Below, piece after piece: positions 14,771-30,600 of a stretch of 64,000 nucleotides of DNA. The position numbers and the translations under genes were made by a program. A model generated the notes under the pieces. The model ran no database searches, was not told the DNA's origin, and saw nothing but the letters and a program-made list of their open reading frames with translations. Position 1 is the stretch's first letter; the number at the start of each line of letters is the position of its first letter. The stretch is from the human T2T-CHM13v2.0 reference genome, Homo sapiens: NCBI GenBank assembly GCA_009914755.4, contig CP068257.2, positions 32,160,001-32,224,000 on the forward strand, written 5' to 3'.

Positions 14771-16121
14771 GACCCCTATCTCCAGTTAAACTTTTTCTTT
14801 TATCTCATTGTTCTTTTAAAGCCTCTCAGCGTCACTTACAGTTTATAAAACATTTGTGTATGGATTTTAACTTTAACCTTAGCAAAATTAGTAGGAAAAG
14901 GTTAGCCTAACCCTTAGGATTTTTTTCCAATAACAAGTGCATTTTAATACTGACTTTCTACAGACAAACCGTCTACCTTTGTTGTTCAATCTCTGAATGA
15001 ATCTAAAGGTAGGAATTTTAGGGCCTGGAAGAAACCTACCTGCCCATCTAGTCTTGCCAGTGAGAAAGGTGATAGAAGACGACAGGGCAAATCTTAGTCC
15101 TTAACTCTCCCCATAGAGATCCCTGGGCCATGTACTGGGAGGACCAGCCCTGGTTAGATCAAGAAATCAGCTGGAAAGATACCTTGGCTCTACTGGGCAC
15201 TTTGACTCATCTGATTTATCGCTGGCCCACATAAGACGAGTTTCAGTGACTCAATCTATTGGTGACCATTTGATTTCTATGGAATCAGGGAGTTTCTTCC
15301 TCAGCAGACGTTTCCTTATTCTTCCTATTTTCAGGTGTCTAAACTTGTGACTTGAGTACTTTAAATATCATAGAATGCATTTTATTTTCAGTAGCCTGCT
15401 AAGGAAATTACTGCTATTCCTGCAGCTAGTAGTATCAAGTGAGGAAATTGGATCCAAGGTATTCATCATCAAATTATAGCTTTTTACTTTTAACCTGATT
15501 GCTGGTTTAGTTTGGGGCAGTTAGCGACTTGAAGGATAGATTTAGTAAGAAAAGATGCTCTGGAAGAGGAGCAACTTGAAGAAAAATAGACCCTGGGGGG
15601 AAGAATTGAGGTCAAAGAATTGAGGAGCAAAGAGATGTCCATTTGTTCTAAGGCAGCTTAGTGAAAGGTGGAGGTGAGGTTTGAATGGAGGTAGTCAGTG
15701 AAGAAGAGGCATCTGTATTTTCAAAGCCAGTAAAGGTTGGTGTTGATTGATAATCAAAAGAAGCTTAAGTTTTATTCATGATCATCGTCATATCTTGGAA
15801 CTGGTTACGTTCCATTATGATTGCTGAGCCTTTAGCAGCAGAGCTCACCTCCTGCCCTTCGCTAGCAGGTTTCTTCTAGAGCAGATCATGGAAAATGGTA
15901 TAATGTGTATGGCTCATTAGAATGTAATCTTAAGTGGCCTTTGGAAATCAGTCATGTCAAAATGTGGTGTGATTCTAGCTTTCCAAGTTGACTTTTTCCA
16001 ACTCTGAAACGTTATCTCCTAAGTGTCCTAGGCTTCCCACTATGAAATGTTGCATGCTGATAAATAGTTGATGTACCTGTCACTCATGTCGCTACATGAA
16101 CTGTTTCTCGGTTAATTATAG

Positions 16122-16249
16122 GAACTAAGAGAAATACACAATAAGCAACAACTCCAGAAGCAAAAGTCCATGGAGGCTGAACGACTGAAACAGAAAGAAC
16201 AAGAACGAAAGATCATAGAATTAGAAAAACAAAAAGAAGAAGCCCAAAG
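16122..16249 (+). CDS. ITSN1: ITSN1 coding exon: [42 protein letters not shown](+AG)
   Basis: Acceptor is gttaattatAG. Donor is GTGAGT at 16250. It reads as K/E/Q-rich coiled-coil sequence. Confidence 0.9.
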
Positions 16250-16949
16250 GTGAGTCTTCTTTGGATTGTGGACTCATCTGGAAGGAACTTTGAGGATTTA
16301 CTATTCTTTGCTTGGCTTCTCCAAGTAGTTACTGCACCAGAAAGAGCCTTCAGTCTTTAGTGTGCATGTGAAGTGTGAGTGCAAACACAAACACGTGTAT
16401 ATATGAATCTTTGCATGTATCAGTACCCTCTGAAGTTTTTGGTTGGTTCCCAGAGCTCTCTCAAGCTACTACTATGTAGATAAATGGAATTATACAAGGA
16501 AATTGGGACACTTGGTGTGCTCATTTGCATGCTAATGGCCAGTTCACAGCCTTTTACTAACAGCTAACAGGGGTTGGAGTGCCTGGTTTAAAATCCAAGC
16601 CACTGAGCTAGTGCCCCACACAGGGCTTCTCCAGCAGGGTCAGGGTGGGCCTCTTCTGTTTTTCAACTGCAAATTAAACTTTAGTACAAAAGGGGGAAAT
16701 TTGCCACCGCTGCTTAGTGTGTAGGATACAGACATGTTTTTATCTGTTTTTGTTTGAAGATTTATTTGTGATATTTTTATTTTTACTTGTAACTTACTGT
16801 AGTAAATTGTAGAAATTTGTGTCTGATTTTGTTACTGGGTATTTGCCTTTTAAATGTCAGTTAATTTTAGACTCCACGAAACAAAAATGACCAAATGTCC
16901 CAATGACAGCCCCGTAAATTATAAAAGTTGGTAATTGAAATTAGATTAA

Positions 16950-17234
<285 letters not shown>

Positions 17235-17664
17235 TTAGATTAAAAAGGCGAAGAAACGGATACTTGAGGCAAGTCATTGACTTTAGTGGGCTGAGTTCAG
17301 TTAACCTGCCAAGAGCTGTGCATACTTTCTTATGGGTATATAGAGTCTTCTGTTTGTTTTTCAGTGCCAGTGGGGAGGTATCTGGGGTCCCAGACCAATT
17401 TACAGGATTGTTTTATGGTTTTCTTGGGGGTCAGACTAAGGATCTCCTCCTTGGATGTTGATTAACTCCATCCTTTTCTTACCCCCAGAGTTTATAAAAT
17501 GCTTTTATTATTCACACTATACCACACTGAACTGTTAAATTCCTACAGTGTAGAAATAAACATAAAATACAGAAAAATACATAAAATAGCATAATACAGA
17601 AAATAGCATAAAAATATAATATGGAATATGTATTCCAATTATATAGATAAAAACTGCAAATTAA

Positions 17665-18052
<388 letters not shown>

Positions 18053-18339
18053 ACTGTTTTTATTATGGTTTTTTTGTTGTCATGAATAACCATATCCTTA
18101 CCCCTCCAAAAAATGTTTTTATACTTTCTTAAAAGACATTTTAAAAATTGTAAATAAAATGTTTAAGATTTAAGTTTAAAGACTTCTGCATTAAAATATC
18201 ACATTCATACAGAGTAGAAATAAATGTAATTTTTTGACAATGGAGAATAAAAGTATAATTTGTTTCAATTATGTTCCCGTGGCAGATTCCTAATTCTAGC
18301 CGATGACCTGTGTGCGTTAGCCATGTCACAGGATGGCAG

Positions 18340-18500
18340 TTCAGGGTGGAGACTCTGGGACCAGGCTGCCTGGGATTGAAGCCCATGCATGTATGGCTGT
18401 GTGACGTGGACAAGTCATTTAATATCTCTGCCCCAGCTTCCTCATTTGTAAAATAGGAGTAATACTAGGACTACCAACCTGATTCGCAGTTTAAAGGAGT
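18340..18500 (+). mobile_element. MIR (ancient tRNA-derived SINE) fragment
   Basis: ctgtgtgacgtggacaagtcatttaatatctctgccccagcttcctcatttgtaaaataggagtaatactaggactacc resembles the MIR core (tgtgtgaccttgggcaagtcacttaacctctctgagcctcagtttcctcatctgtaaaatgggg...). Confidence 0.6.
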
Positions 18501-19160
18501 TAATATATGGGGAGCTAGTTATTATTATGTCATTTGTTATTACATATTAGTTTCATTTAAAGTATTTTCTGACTTTATAAAGTATTATGGAATGAGAAAA
18601 ATCATTCTCAGTCTTTTACTGTGGGTTTCAGGTTGAGGCCATCAAAAATTTCAAGGCCTAGATTTAATTACAATTATCTATTTGTGGTAGCTACTTTGAA
18701 AAACAAAATCAAAGTAGTTGAAGTCAATAAAACAATCCCTTGCTTTCAACTTCAGGTTTGGGGAGCAATGTGTGTGCATGTAAATGTGTTGTTCCCTTTG
18801 CTGGGGGGAAATTTTTACAGTGTTGGGTGTATTTTATTTTTATAGAAGTTATGTTCTCTGTGTTTTATGGCTTTGTTTGTTTGTTTTGTCAGTTTAATAC
18901 CAGCTTTATTATTAAGAAGTATTTTTCTTATTCTTGTAACCACTTTGTAAAATACATCAGAAATTTTCTGTGTTTTCCTAAATCATGTGATTTCTTCTCA
19001 TTCAGAACTGGAGCCCTGATTCAGTTGCCCCATCTGAACAACAATGTTCCCTTGATGTTCCCATCCCATTTACTGGATGGAGCTTTTTTTGTGAAAAGAG
19101 GCAACAGTAGTGTTAACTTAGAGTTGCTTTCTTGCTGTAATCAAGCGTGTTTGTTGGCAG

Positions 19161-19390
19161 ACGAGCTCAGGAAAGGGACAAGCAGTGGCTGGAGCATGTG
19201 CAGCAGGAGGACGAGCATCAGAGACCAAGAAAACTCCACGAAGAGGAAAAACTGAAAAGGGAGGAGAGTGTCAAAAAGAAGGATGGCGAGGAAAAAGGCA
19301 AACAGGAAGCACAAGACAAGCTGGGTCGGCTTTTCCATCAACACCAAGAACCAGCTAAGCCAGCTGTCCAGGCACCCTGGTCCACTGCAG
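19161..19390 (+). CDS. ITSN1: ITSN1 coding exon: (R)[76 protein letters not shown](+G)
   Basis: Acceptor is ttgttggcAG. Donor is GTATTA at 19391. Length is 230 nt, made of 1 leading base, 76 codons and 1 trailing base. Phase is continuous with the neighbouring exons. Confidence 0.9.
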
Positions 19391-19887
19391 GTATTAGAAG
19401 CCAAAAATAATTATAGAAAATAAGTCATCTTCTCTCCCAGAGCCTCCTGAAAAATGCCCCTATCTCATCAGTACCTGTCTTGGCTACATTAACAGATGAG
19501 AACGTCAGTCTCTTATTTTGAGCATGGCCAGCTCTTCTTTCCCCAGGGTCATTTGAGATCTGTGTAATTCTCCCACCACCATGCCAGCCTCTGGCCCACG
19601 TTACACTGGCATCCACGAGTCCTCTACGGAGCTAACAAGTGGCGTGAAGTTCCAGTGGTCTTATATGCTGCAAAAGAACCTGCTGTTTCTCTGGTTTGTT
19701 ATTTCCCTCCCTGGAATTTCTGAGCTGTTTCTGCAACAGAAAGTGGCACCTTTCACCCTTGCCTCCACTGATGGGGCATTCGCTGTCTTCGGTCTGCATT
19801 GCATAAAACTGCTTTTACTTTTTGAAAAATGTAAAAGCATAATTTGCCTTTTCTTTACTTCTCTTTTCTTTCTTCTCTTTCCTTTTC

Positions 19888-20181
<294 letters not shown>

Positions 20182-21589
20182 TAATTTGCCTTTTTTTTTT
20201 AAAAAAGGGATAAATGAAAGACTGAACAAAAAGATAAATGAAAGACCAATCTAATCGGAATAGCTAGAAAAAGCTATCCTTTATAATATCTGATGTGAGC
20301 TAGAATGTATTTAAGATTCTTGTGTGGTTGTGTGATTGTACAGTTTTGCAAATAATGTTCAGTGGAAGCAAGTCATTGCTTTTTCTTTGTGTGGTAAATT
20401 ATACCAGTTTTGCTTGGTCATCCATGTGCTTCTTTAGTGCTTCAGTATACAGAAAGAAAAGAAAGAAAAAACACTTTCAAGCTATTCTGTAAAGGTTTAC
20501 TGGTCCCCAGCTACATAGTGGGCAGAGATGGGCGTGAGGTATGGAGTTGCATTAGGCACCTACCTGCCTTCAGATGCATGCAGTCCAGGGGAAAGACTGG
20601 CAGGTCATCAGACCTACAGAGTAGCAACCATGTCATAGGAGGGGCAAATTAATTTTTTGATAGTTTTTTTTTTAATCTGAAAATAATTTCACCATTGATC
20701 TTAGGAAGTTAGTTTAAGTTCTTCATGCGTCCTCCTAGTATAAGATGAGGATTTATTTTTCCCCTTCAGTCAGTAGGAAATCTTGCATGTCATACAGTTC
20801 AAAATCATGTGGAGATAATACTTCCCCCTCGTTGCTTTTCAGATAAGATAGGTATATGTCAAAATACTTGTAGCTCTTGAGTAAAAATGCCCAAAGGTCT
20901 GTTACTAGTTTTTGCTAACCAGAATCCAAAATATCCTCCGCTCATGTGCATTTTTAAACATTTTATTTCATGTAAAATCTAAATTATTTTCATCTAGGTT
21001 TCATCCTTAGGCTAATTATTTCCCAAAGAAATGTAGAGGAAGAGTGTCTTCATCGGGGATTATCAGTATAACCAAAATCAGCACTTAGTTTTTATATGAC
21101 CAGGTTAAAGAGCCTAAAACATCTGCATTTTCATGTTTCAGTATGGAAACTGGTGCCTCTGTTCCCTCCCAAACAAGTTGACTCCTTGGCTGATTCAGAC
21201 TTTGGGTCATATCCTAACTGCTACATTGTACTCAACACACTGGGTAGGGAGGAGGGCGGGTATTGATGCTTTACAGATCTGCACTGCTGGAGCCCAAGGA
21301 AAGAGGCAGAGACAAGGGACCTTTAGGCAGCCTCGCCGCACCCAGGCTTGGAGTGACCTTTGTTTAGAGAGAGTCACTAATGAACTCTCTCATGGGTTTT
21401 TGTTGCTGACGTCAGATTTGGCTGTGCTTTGGCATTCAGTATGTGTTTCAGAAATTCCTTGAATGGAGGGAAATAGTTCAGAGGTTAAGATAGGCAATAG
21501 AGGAGAGGTTAGTTGTTTGGCTTGTTGTCATACATTTGTGTTCTCTGTAATTATTTATTTTTGTCCCCCCCACCTTTTTTTGTAAACAG

Positions 21590-21711
21590 AAAAAGGTCCA
21601 CTTACCATTTCTGCACAGGAAAATGTAAAAGTGGTGTATTACCGGGCACTGTACCCCTTTGAATCCAGAAGCCATGATGAAATCACTATCCAGCCAGGAG
21701 ACATAGTCATG
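21590..21711 (+). CDS. ITSN1: ITSN1 exon encoding the N-terminal half of SH3A: (E)[40 protein letters not shown]
   Basis: Acceptor is ccccccacctttttttgtaaacAG. Donor is GTAAGA at 21712. The ALYPFE motif is typical of an SH3 start. Confidence 0.9.
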
Positions 21712-21999
21712 GTAAGAAAGACTCCAGTGAGAGGGTCATTTCTGTTGAAGATTAGCCTCTGTCCTCTTTTTTTCACTTTATTCAACAATTGTGAGATTGT
21801 CAGTGAGTATGAAACCCAATAATCCAGCATCTAGATTTTTAAAGTATAAGCTCAATCTTCTTTCTTTTCTATTAAAATGAAAGATGGCATTTAAAAAAAT
21901 GTATCCTAACATCATTTTAAAATTGAGTTGATAAAGACAGTGTGTTCTTATTTTTAAATCTATAAATGTCTGATAATTTCAGAGTTTAGATTACTACTT

Positions 22000-22155
22000 A
22001 TATACTATGAGTATACATATATATGTAATACATATATTTTATATATGATGTATAGACAATATATATACTAGTGTGCGTGTGTATATATATGTGTATGTAT
22101 AATATATACTAGTGTGCGTGTGTGTATATATGTACACATATATATACACACACAA
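22000..22155. repeat. (TA)n/(TG)n-rich simple-repeat region with an internal imperfect duplication (atatatactagtgtgcgtgtgt occurs twice)
   Basis: tatacatatatatgtaatacatatatttt...atatatactagtgtgcgtgtgtatatatatgtgtatgtataatatatactagtgtgcgtgtgtgtatatatgtacacatatatatacacacac. Confidence 0.8.
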
Positions 22156-22596
22156 AAGGATCCTCCAAGGTGGAAGGAGGCCAGGAGTCTTTAAGAAATA
22201 GTTATAAGTGCAAAACACTCTATCAAATCATTCTCATAATTGCAATAACTTTTGTATCTTTGCATCAAAGCATCTTTTTTCCCTTTAATTATGTGAACTT
22301 TTAATTATGTAAAAAGAGTAATGAATTATACAGTTAATCTGCTTTCCTACTTTGTAACAGAAAATAGTTTAGAATTTTGCTTTGTTATTGTTTCTTTCCT
22401 TGAACTAATAATCATTTTATGATGTGACTAAAACTATAGGAACCAGTTTAAGAAAGAAAATCAGACATGGTTGATCTAAATCATTTTCTAAAAGAAAATA
22501 GTAGTTCCTTGTTCTAGTTACTCTCTTTAGAGTCTTAGAAGTAGTCAACTCTGCATTACTCTTAACATTTTTTTTTTTTTTAAAGATAATTTAGAT

Positions 22597-22970
22597 TTTT
22601 TTTTTGTTGTGGTTGACACAAGTTCTCACTCTGTTGCCCAGGCTGGAGTGCAGTGGTGTGATATTGGCTCACTGCAACCTCTGCCTCCCTGCAACCTCTG
22701 CCTCCCTGCAACCTCTGCCTCCCTGCAACCTCTGCCTCCCTGCAACCTCTGCCTCCCGGGCTCAAGCAAAGCGATTCTCCCACCTCATCCTCCCAACTAG
22801 CTGGAACCACAGGCGTGCACCACCATGCCCAGCTAATTTTTGTAATTTTTATAGAGATAGGGTTTCTCCGTGTTGCCCAGGCTGGTCTTGAATTGCCTGG
22901 GCTCAAACGATCCTCCCAGGTCAGCCTCCCAAAGTGCTGAAATTACAGGCATGAGCCACCATGCCTGGCC
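22597..22970 (-). mobile_element. Alu, antisense, carrying an internal 5-copy tandem 17-mer expansion
   Basis: Poly-T followed by ...ctcactctgttgcccaggctggagtgcagtgg... ending ...gagccaccatgcctggcc. Its length of about 374 bp is inflated by the 17-mer repeat. Confidence 0.92.
22673..22757. repeat. Five perfect tandem copies of the 17-mer tgcaacctctgcctccc inside the Alu
   Basis: The copies occupy 22673..22689, 22690..22706, 22707..22723, 22724..22740 and 22741..22757. Confidence 0.95.
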
Positions 22971-23263
22971 TAGAATTTGTAAAGAACTGTGAAAGTTAAC
23001 AATTGAAACAAACATGTTTCTTACCCAAGGACTGTATGTCTTTGAAGTATAAAGGGTGGTGTACAGGTGATTTTACTATTACTCATGCATTCATCTTGCC
23101 ATATACACATCATATCTGTGGATCTTTAATAGGCTAAAATACCTAGAAATAACAATATGTTTGGCACTTAGAGAAATGAATTCCTGTGTCCCCTTTTTTC
23201 CTAATAGCTGCTTTCTCTGTAATTACCATGGGCTAGAAGAAGCAAGGCCAAACATCCCAAATT

Positions 23264-23480
23264 ATTTTTTCTTTTTTTTGAGACAGGGTCTCACTCTGTC
23301 ACCTAGGCCAGAGTGCAGTGGCATGATCTTGGCTCACTGCAGTTTCCACCTCCCAGGCTCAAGTGATCCTCCTGCCTCAGCCTCCTGAGTAGCTCAGAGG
23401 CGTGTGCCACCACACCGAGCTAATTTTTATTTTTTTACATTTTGTAGAGACAGAGTCTCCCTATGTTGCCCAGGCTCCAG
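23264..23480 (-). mobile_element. Alu, antisense, truncated
   Basis: Poly-T followed by gagacagggtctcactctgtcacctaggccagagtgcagtggcatgatc... Confidence 0.9.
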
Positions 23481-24228
23481 ATCTTTAAAAGTTAAAATCA
23501 CCTTAACAGTAGCAAAAACCTCTTCAAGTATACTCCATGGCTTCATTCAGCACACAGTTATTGACTGAAACATGCTGGGTGCCAGCCTTACTCATCCTTT
23601 ACAGAAAGAACTGTTGGTTTGGGCATGCCACTCTGTACACACAAATGGTAACTTGAGCCAGCGGGGTGTGTTTCTGTCAGCTTTCCTCTGACTTCACCAC
23701 CTGCTGTTTCCTACACCGTGGTTTCTGATAGCCTGAAGCTACTTTACTCATACTGCCTCATATTTGAAGTAGTGTATCCTGTAAAGCAGATTAATTGTAA
23801 AATATGTAAACACCATATAATAGGAATCTAAAATTTCTGAAAATACAATGTCACATCAGTGAGGACCTCATTACAATTTTTTTTTTAATGTTAAACAAAC
23901 CAGCCTAATATTTTTGAAACTGGATTTTGTTGCAACACAAGGTGCAGAGAAGCAGCTCGCTCTCATCCTAAAGTAAGGGAATGTTATGAAATGTGATGAT
24001 GAGGAAATGTTGCAGGTGATCTGTATCTTAATGAGAAAGTGTTGCTCTTTTTCGGGAACATATCTGGGCTTCACTTGTAATCCTAGGCCTGTTGAAACCT
24101 TTTCCTCGAATTGGCTAGTTAACCACCAGCTTGATGAGATGCGTAGAGTTTAGATATGCTGTAAGAATAAAGCATGTCATTAAACATATATTTTGCCTTG
24201 CTTTCAAACCTTTGCTTTCCTGGTGGAG

Positions 24229-24243
24229 GTTAAAGGGGAATGG
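24229..24243 (+). CDS. ITSN1: 15-nt microexon GTTAAAGGGGAATGG encoding VKGEW, read as the neuron-specific ITSN1 SH3A microexon (usually called exon 20)
   Basis: The run ttttgccttgctttcaaacctttgctttcctggtggAG|GTTAAAGGGGAATGG|GTAAGT has a good polypyrimidine tract, an AG acceptor and a consensus GTAAGT donor. It is in frame between IVM and VDES. VKGEW matches the insert I recall in the n-Src loop of brain ITSN1 SH3A. Confidence 0.8.
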
Positions 24244-27200
24244 GTAAGTGTTGCCTAACTGTCAGGAAGTCTGCATCTTATTCAATGTTTTGTCCTTTTA
24301 AGTCACTTGAATTCTGTGTAAGTACACGTATCTCTGGGTGTTGTTGCGGCAGTAAAAATGTGTTTGAGTCTGTGTAGTAGGTTGTGCTTTTTAAAAAAAA
24401 AGTAAGTCGTAAGTCTTCTCAGTTTGTGTACTGGGTTTCTTTTTGTTAGATTCCTTTTAAGGACTAACTTGAATGCTCTGTGTTTGGCAAGGGATTAGGT
24501 CAAGTCTCCATCTCAGGCCATAGACAAAAAGGAGTTCCAAGTAGATTAAACATAAAAGATAAAATTCTGGGAAAAAAATTTTTTTAAGCAGACTATTGGA
24601 ATAATTTTCTGGCTAAGAAAGGCCTTTTGAAGCTATAAAAACCAGAAGTCGTTAAGAGGCAAAAATGGACAGTCAACAATATGCAAAAATTAAAATGTCT
24701 ATGTTTCAAAATATATGAGACCAAGGGTTACATAAAGGGTTACCCCTGTTACATAAAGATTCCGAACAGTTCACTTTGAAAGACACCCACAAGCCTTAAA
24801 CAATTGGCAGAGGGTGGGAAGGGACATTCACAGATGAAGTAAAAAGTCAGTTATTTAAAAAATACATGAAAAGATGCTTAGCTTCTTGGGTGATCAGAAA
24901 AATGCAAGTTATAAAACAAAATAGCATTGTTCCTCTGTCAAATGAGCAAGTTTAAAAGTCTGGTAATATCCAGCTTTGTCAAGAGTATAGGACAGTGGAT
25001 ATAATATACATTGTTAGCATGGTTGTATAAATTGGTTAAGCGATTTGGAAGGCAATTTGGCAGTGCCTGTTTAGATTTAAAATTCTCGTTCCCTCTGCCC
25101 CAGAAATTCTATTTTTCTCCTTCCTCTCATTCTTCTCCTTCCTCTTTTGGGCACATGCACAAATATGTGTGTACATGGATGTTCACTGCAGTGGTGTTGG
25201 TAAAAGCAAATAAACAGCCCAATGTCCATCAGTAAAGGGATGGCTTAAATAAATTATGATACAGCTAAAAAATACAATGAAGATTAAAACTTATGTAGAT
25301 CACATATACACATAAGATTTCCATCAAAAAAGCAGAATATGTGCAGCATAATTGCATTTTGGTTCGAAATAAAACTATATATGTATTCATGTGTTTATGT
25401 ATAGTTAACAGTTTTGAAATATATATATCAAACTGTTAACAATGGTTACCACTGGGCAGTAAAGAAGGGGCTTTCGTGTTGAATTTTATAGACTTCTATG
25501 TTATTTTCATTTTTATAAATGTATCTAATTTGTAATTTTTAATAAAACAAAATAAATTCAAGGACAAGTATATTAGAGAGTATCTACTCAGGACTGTAAT
25601 AATGTTTATTATATCTCAGACCTCCCAAATATGTAATGAAATGTAGAATGTACTACTAGGCATAATTCGTTGGCTTGCAGAAGGGACAGCAGTGTTTCGA
25701 TTTTGTACTACAAAATGCATTGTGATACTCCAGGTGCCATTCAGCTGTGTTATCTTTGTGAGGATAACAGTCAATGCAAAAAGATAGATATTGACATCTA
25801 ATAGCAACAGGTTTGTATTTTTTTAATTTCATGAATTTTGCAGTTAACAAATGATGAGCATGAGACATGTAGTACAACATTACTGTCAGTCTCCCTAGGT
25901 TGAAAAATCCGGGGTTCACTTATACTTTTGTGGGCACAGTCATCAGATTCTCAGATTCCTCAAACGTCTTTGGGACATAGCTTACTATAATATGTTCGAT
26001 TTTTAGAAGTCTAACATTGTGACAGTGTTTTTTAATGTAGGCAGTCTTAGCCTTAAAAATATTTTGTTTTTAGAAAAACTTAGCCTGGTTTTATCCAAAA
26101 CTATAATTTTTCATGTTTAACAAAAATTTAATGTGGTACCTTGTATATAGCACTATTCTCAGCACTGTAGATAATAGAAAATTATCAAGTCTGCCATTCA
26201 TATGTTTAAAATCTTTTTAGAAAAATCTAGAGAAACACATGAAAAGGCCAACATGTGATGAAGTTCTCAATAAACATTCACTAACTCTGCTAGGAATTTA
26301 AAAGAGGAGAGGAATCAGTGTAAAGTGATGTGCTCAGGGAAGACCAAATGCTTTCAATTGAGTCTGACCTTGATGGCTAAGGCTTAGATGCGTAGAAAAT
26401 ACATGGCCTCTCTTGATCTGGAACTCCCAATACTTGGAGGGTGAATTAAATCAAATTTGACATCCGTAACATGTTAGTAGAACATAAGAAATGAGAAGAC
26501 CTATGCTCACTGCTGTTTTGTTGAAGTTTATCTTGAGAACACAGGCTGAGTGTCTAAATCAGTACAATCTTTTGGCTTTCATGGGCCACATTGCAAGAAT
26601 TGTCTTAGGCTGCACATAAAATACACTAACACTAATAATAGCTGATGAACTTCAAAAAAAAGCTTGCAAAAAAAACTCATAATGTTTTAAGAAAGCTTAC
26701 GAATTTGTGTTGGGCCTCATTAAAAGCTGTCCTGGGCCACATGCAGCCAGTGGGTTGCGGGTTGGACAAGCTTGGTTTAAATGCTTATCCTTGGACTGGT
26801 ACAGGCCTGAATGCATCCAGATTGCTGAGGGAGCTTCCAAAAAATAACCATGCCAGGGCTCATCCCCAGAGATTCTGAGAACTCTACTGCATATACAGCC
26901 TTCAGAAGTCTGACCAGGTGGTTCTGTTAGGTAGTCAATTTCAGGAACCGCTGATCTAACCTAATCTCTTTTTCACGTCAGGACTAATCCTAAATCATTT
27001 CTAGAAAATATCCTCTTAAAAATATCCAAAGAAGAATGGACTTCTTTAGTAGTTATCAGTCATTAGCCAGTCAGTTCATTCTGGAAATTGTTTGTCTTAG
27101 TGTTACTCTTATAACAATTTTTAACTCATTCTTTTCCTTTTCTTCTCCTGACAGACATTTTTTTAAATGTAGCCAACAATACCTTTTTCCTCTACCTTCC

Positions 27201-27405
27201 ATAGATTTCCATAGATTAAACATCAGAAAGTATCTCATTTAGTAACAACTGGCCATAATATCACTGCAGTTTTGAGGGACCAGTATACACGATTACAGGG
27301 TTGGCTCAAATCTGGCCCAATCACTGCCTGTTTTATAATAAAGTTTTATTGGAACACAGCCAGGCTCCTTCATTCACATATTGTGTGCTACAGTGGCGGA
27401 TTTGA

Positions 27406-28064
<659 letters not shown>

Positions 28065-29044
28065 TCAAAACCGGCAAATCCATGGAAAATGTTTTACTAC
28101 CTGCACTCCTCAACACATCCCATGCAGCCACTGTCAGCTGGTCTGAATACACAGGCTAAACCTGTTTGCTACACTTGTTTATCATGTTCTATGAGGGGAA
28201 AAAGGAATTTCTGCTTCCCCCCTTTGTGACAAGGTCAGAGATTTTAGAAATATTAATCTTACCTAATGAAGATGGCAGCCATGGAGCATATAAAAATTGA
28301 GAAAAGAGGTGTAATATCATCGGCCTTTGCCAAACGGACTTGAAGCTGAAGTGGCTGCTGTGTATATTTGACTGTTGCATCAGCGAGCTACAATATGCAG
28401 TGTGTAATTACTAACATTTAGTAGAGCAGCTCTGTAACATAGTCCCAGAAATGTGAGCAATATCTGGTGTTTGTACTTCGCTTAAATGATGTTTCACTAG
28501 AATTACCCCCAAATACGTTGGGGTGTTACAGTGTGCCTGATAAATGAAATTGTATTGAGACCAAAATTGTTAATAATAACATCTCCCTTATAGCCCCCAG
28601 TAGGTAAATGTACATTGTGTAAAAGTCCACGTTGGAACCAGTCATATTACAAAGCAGTTTGTGTTCCTATTTCTTGGTCTGCCATAATCTTATGTTTTCC
28701 AAAATTGGATTGGCATTTTGGGTAGTTTTCCAAATCCAAGAAGAAATATTTTTCATTTTCATATGTTGACCTTTGTGCCCTTTCTAAGTGGTTAATTTAA
28801 TTTAGGTGTTAAGAATGAAAGTCTCTTACAGCCCCTGAACCTTAAAATGTAATAATTTATTAAAATTGATGTATACTTGTAAGAGTAAATTAAGCTAATT
28901 GAGACTATTGTTTGGGGGGCTGTTGAGACCAACAGATTTCTTTGCTTAAAAGTGAAATGCTGATTTCACTGTTATCCTTAGGGATGGGAGAAGCTCTTGC
29001 TTAAGGGGATAAGAGGCTGATATGGCCCCCTCCTTCACTCCTAG

Positions 29045-29422
<378 letters not shown>

Positions 29423-29712
29423 TAAAAGTCTTATTAACCAGTCAATACCCTGTGTTTCAAGGGAGTAACAATAGATCATGGGACATAATTAAGCAAAGCA
29501 GCTGACCTTTGAGGAGGTCCAAAATGAGCAGACGAGTAGGAGTTCCCGTCGATCAAGGGATCCACTTGAGCCCCTAAAGGATTGCTTATGGCAAGAAGGT
29601 AAACCTAGAGGGAGCAGAGGACCAGGCAGTTAGAGCAGGGAACTCCTGAACAGAGAAGCAGATTGTTACCTAGAGTGAAGGTAAAGTCAAGACCAGGCTT
29701 TTGGCCGGGCGC

Positions 29713-30005
<293 letters not shown>

Positions 30006-30101
30006 GACCAGGCTTTTAGAATAGGACAGAAGCCCAAGTAGGAGAACTACAGCGCAACATCAGAGCTGGACAGCAGAAGAGAGAATTTAAAAAAAATATC
30101 T

Positions 30102-30600
<499 letters not shown>

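Noticed and set aside
18740-19255. 171-aa + strand ORF running into the 19161..19390 exon
   Set aside because: It is in a different frame from the phase-consistent ITSN1 reading. The upstream part is intronic sequence with no acceptor and no similarity to anything I recognise.
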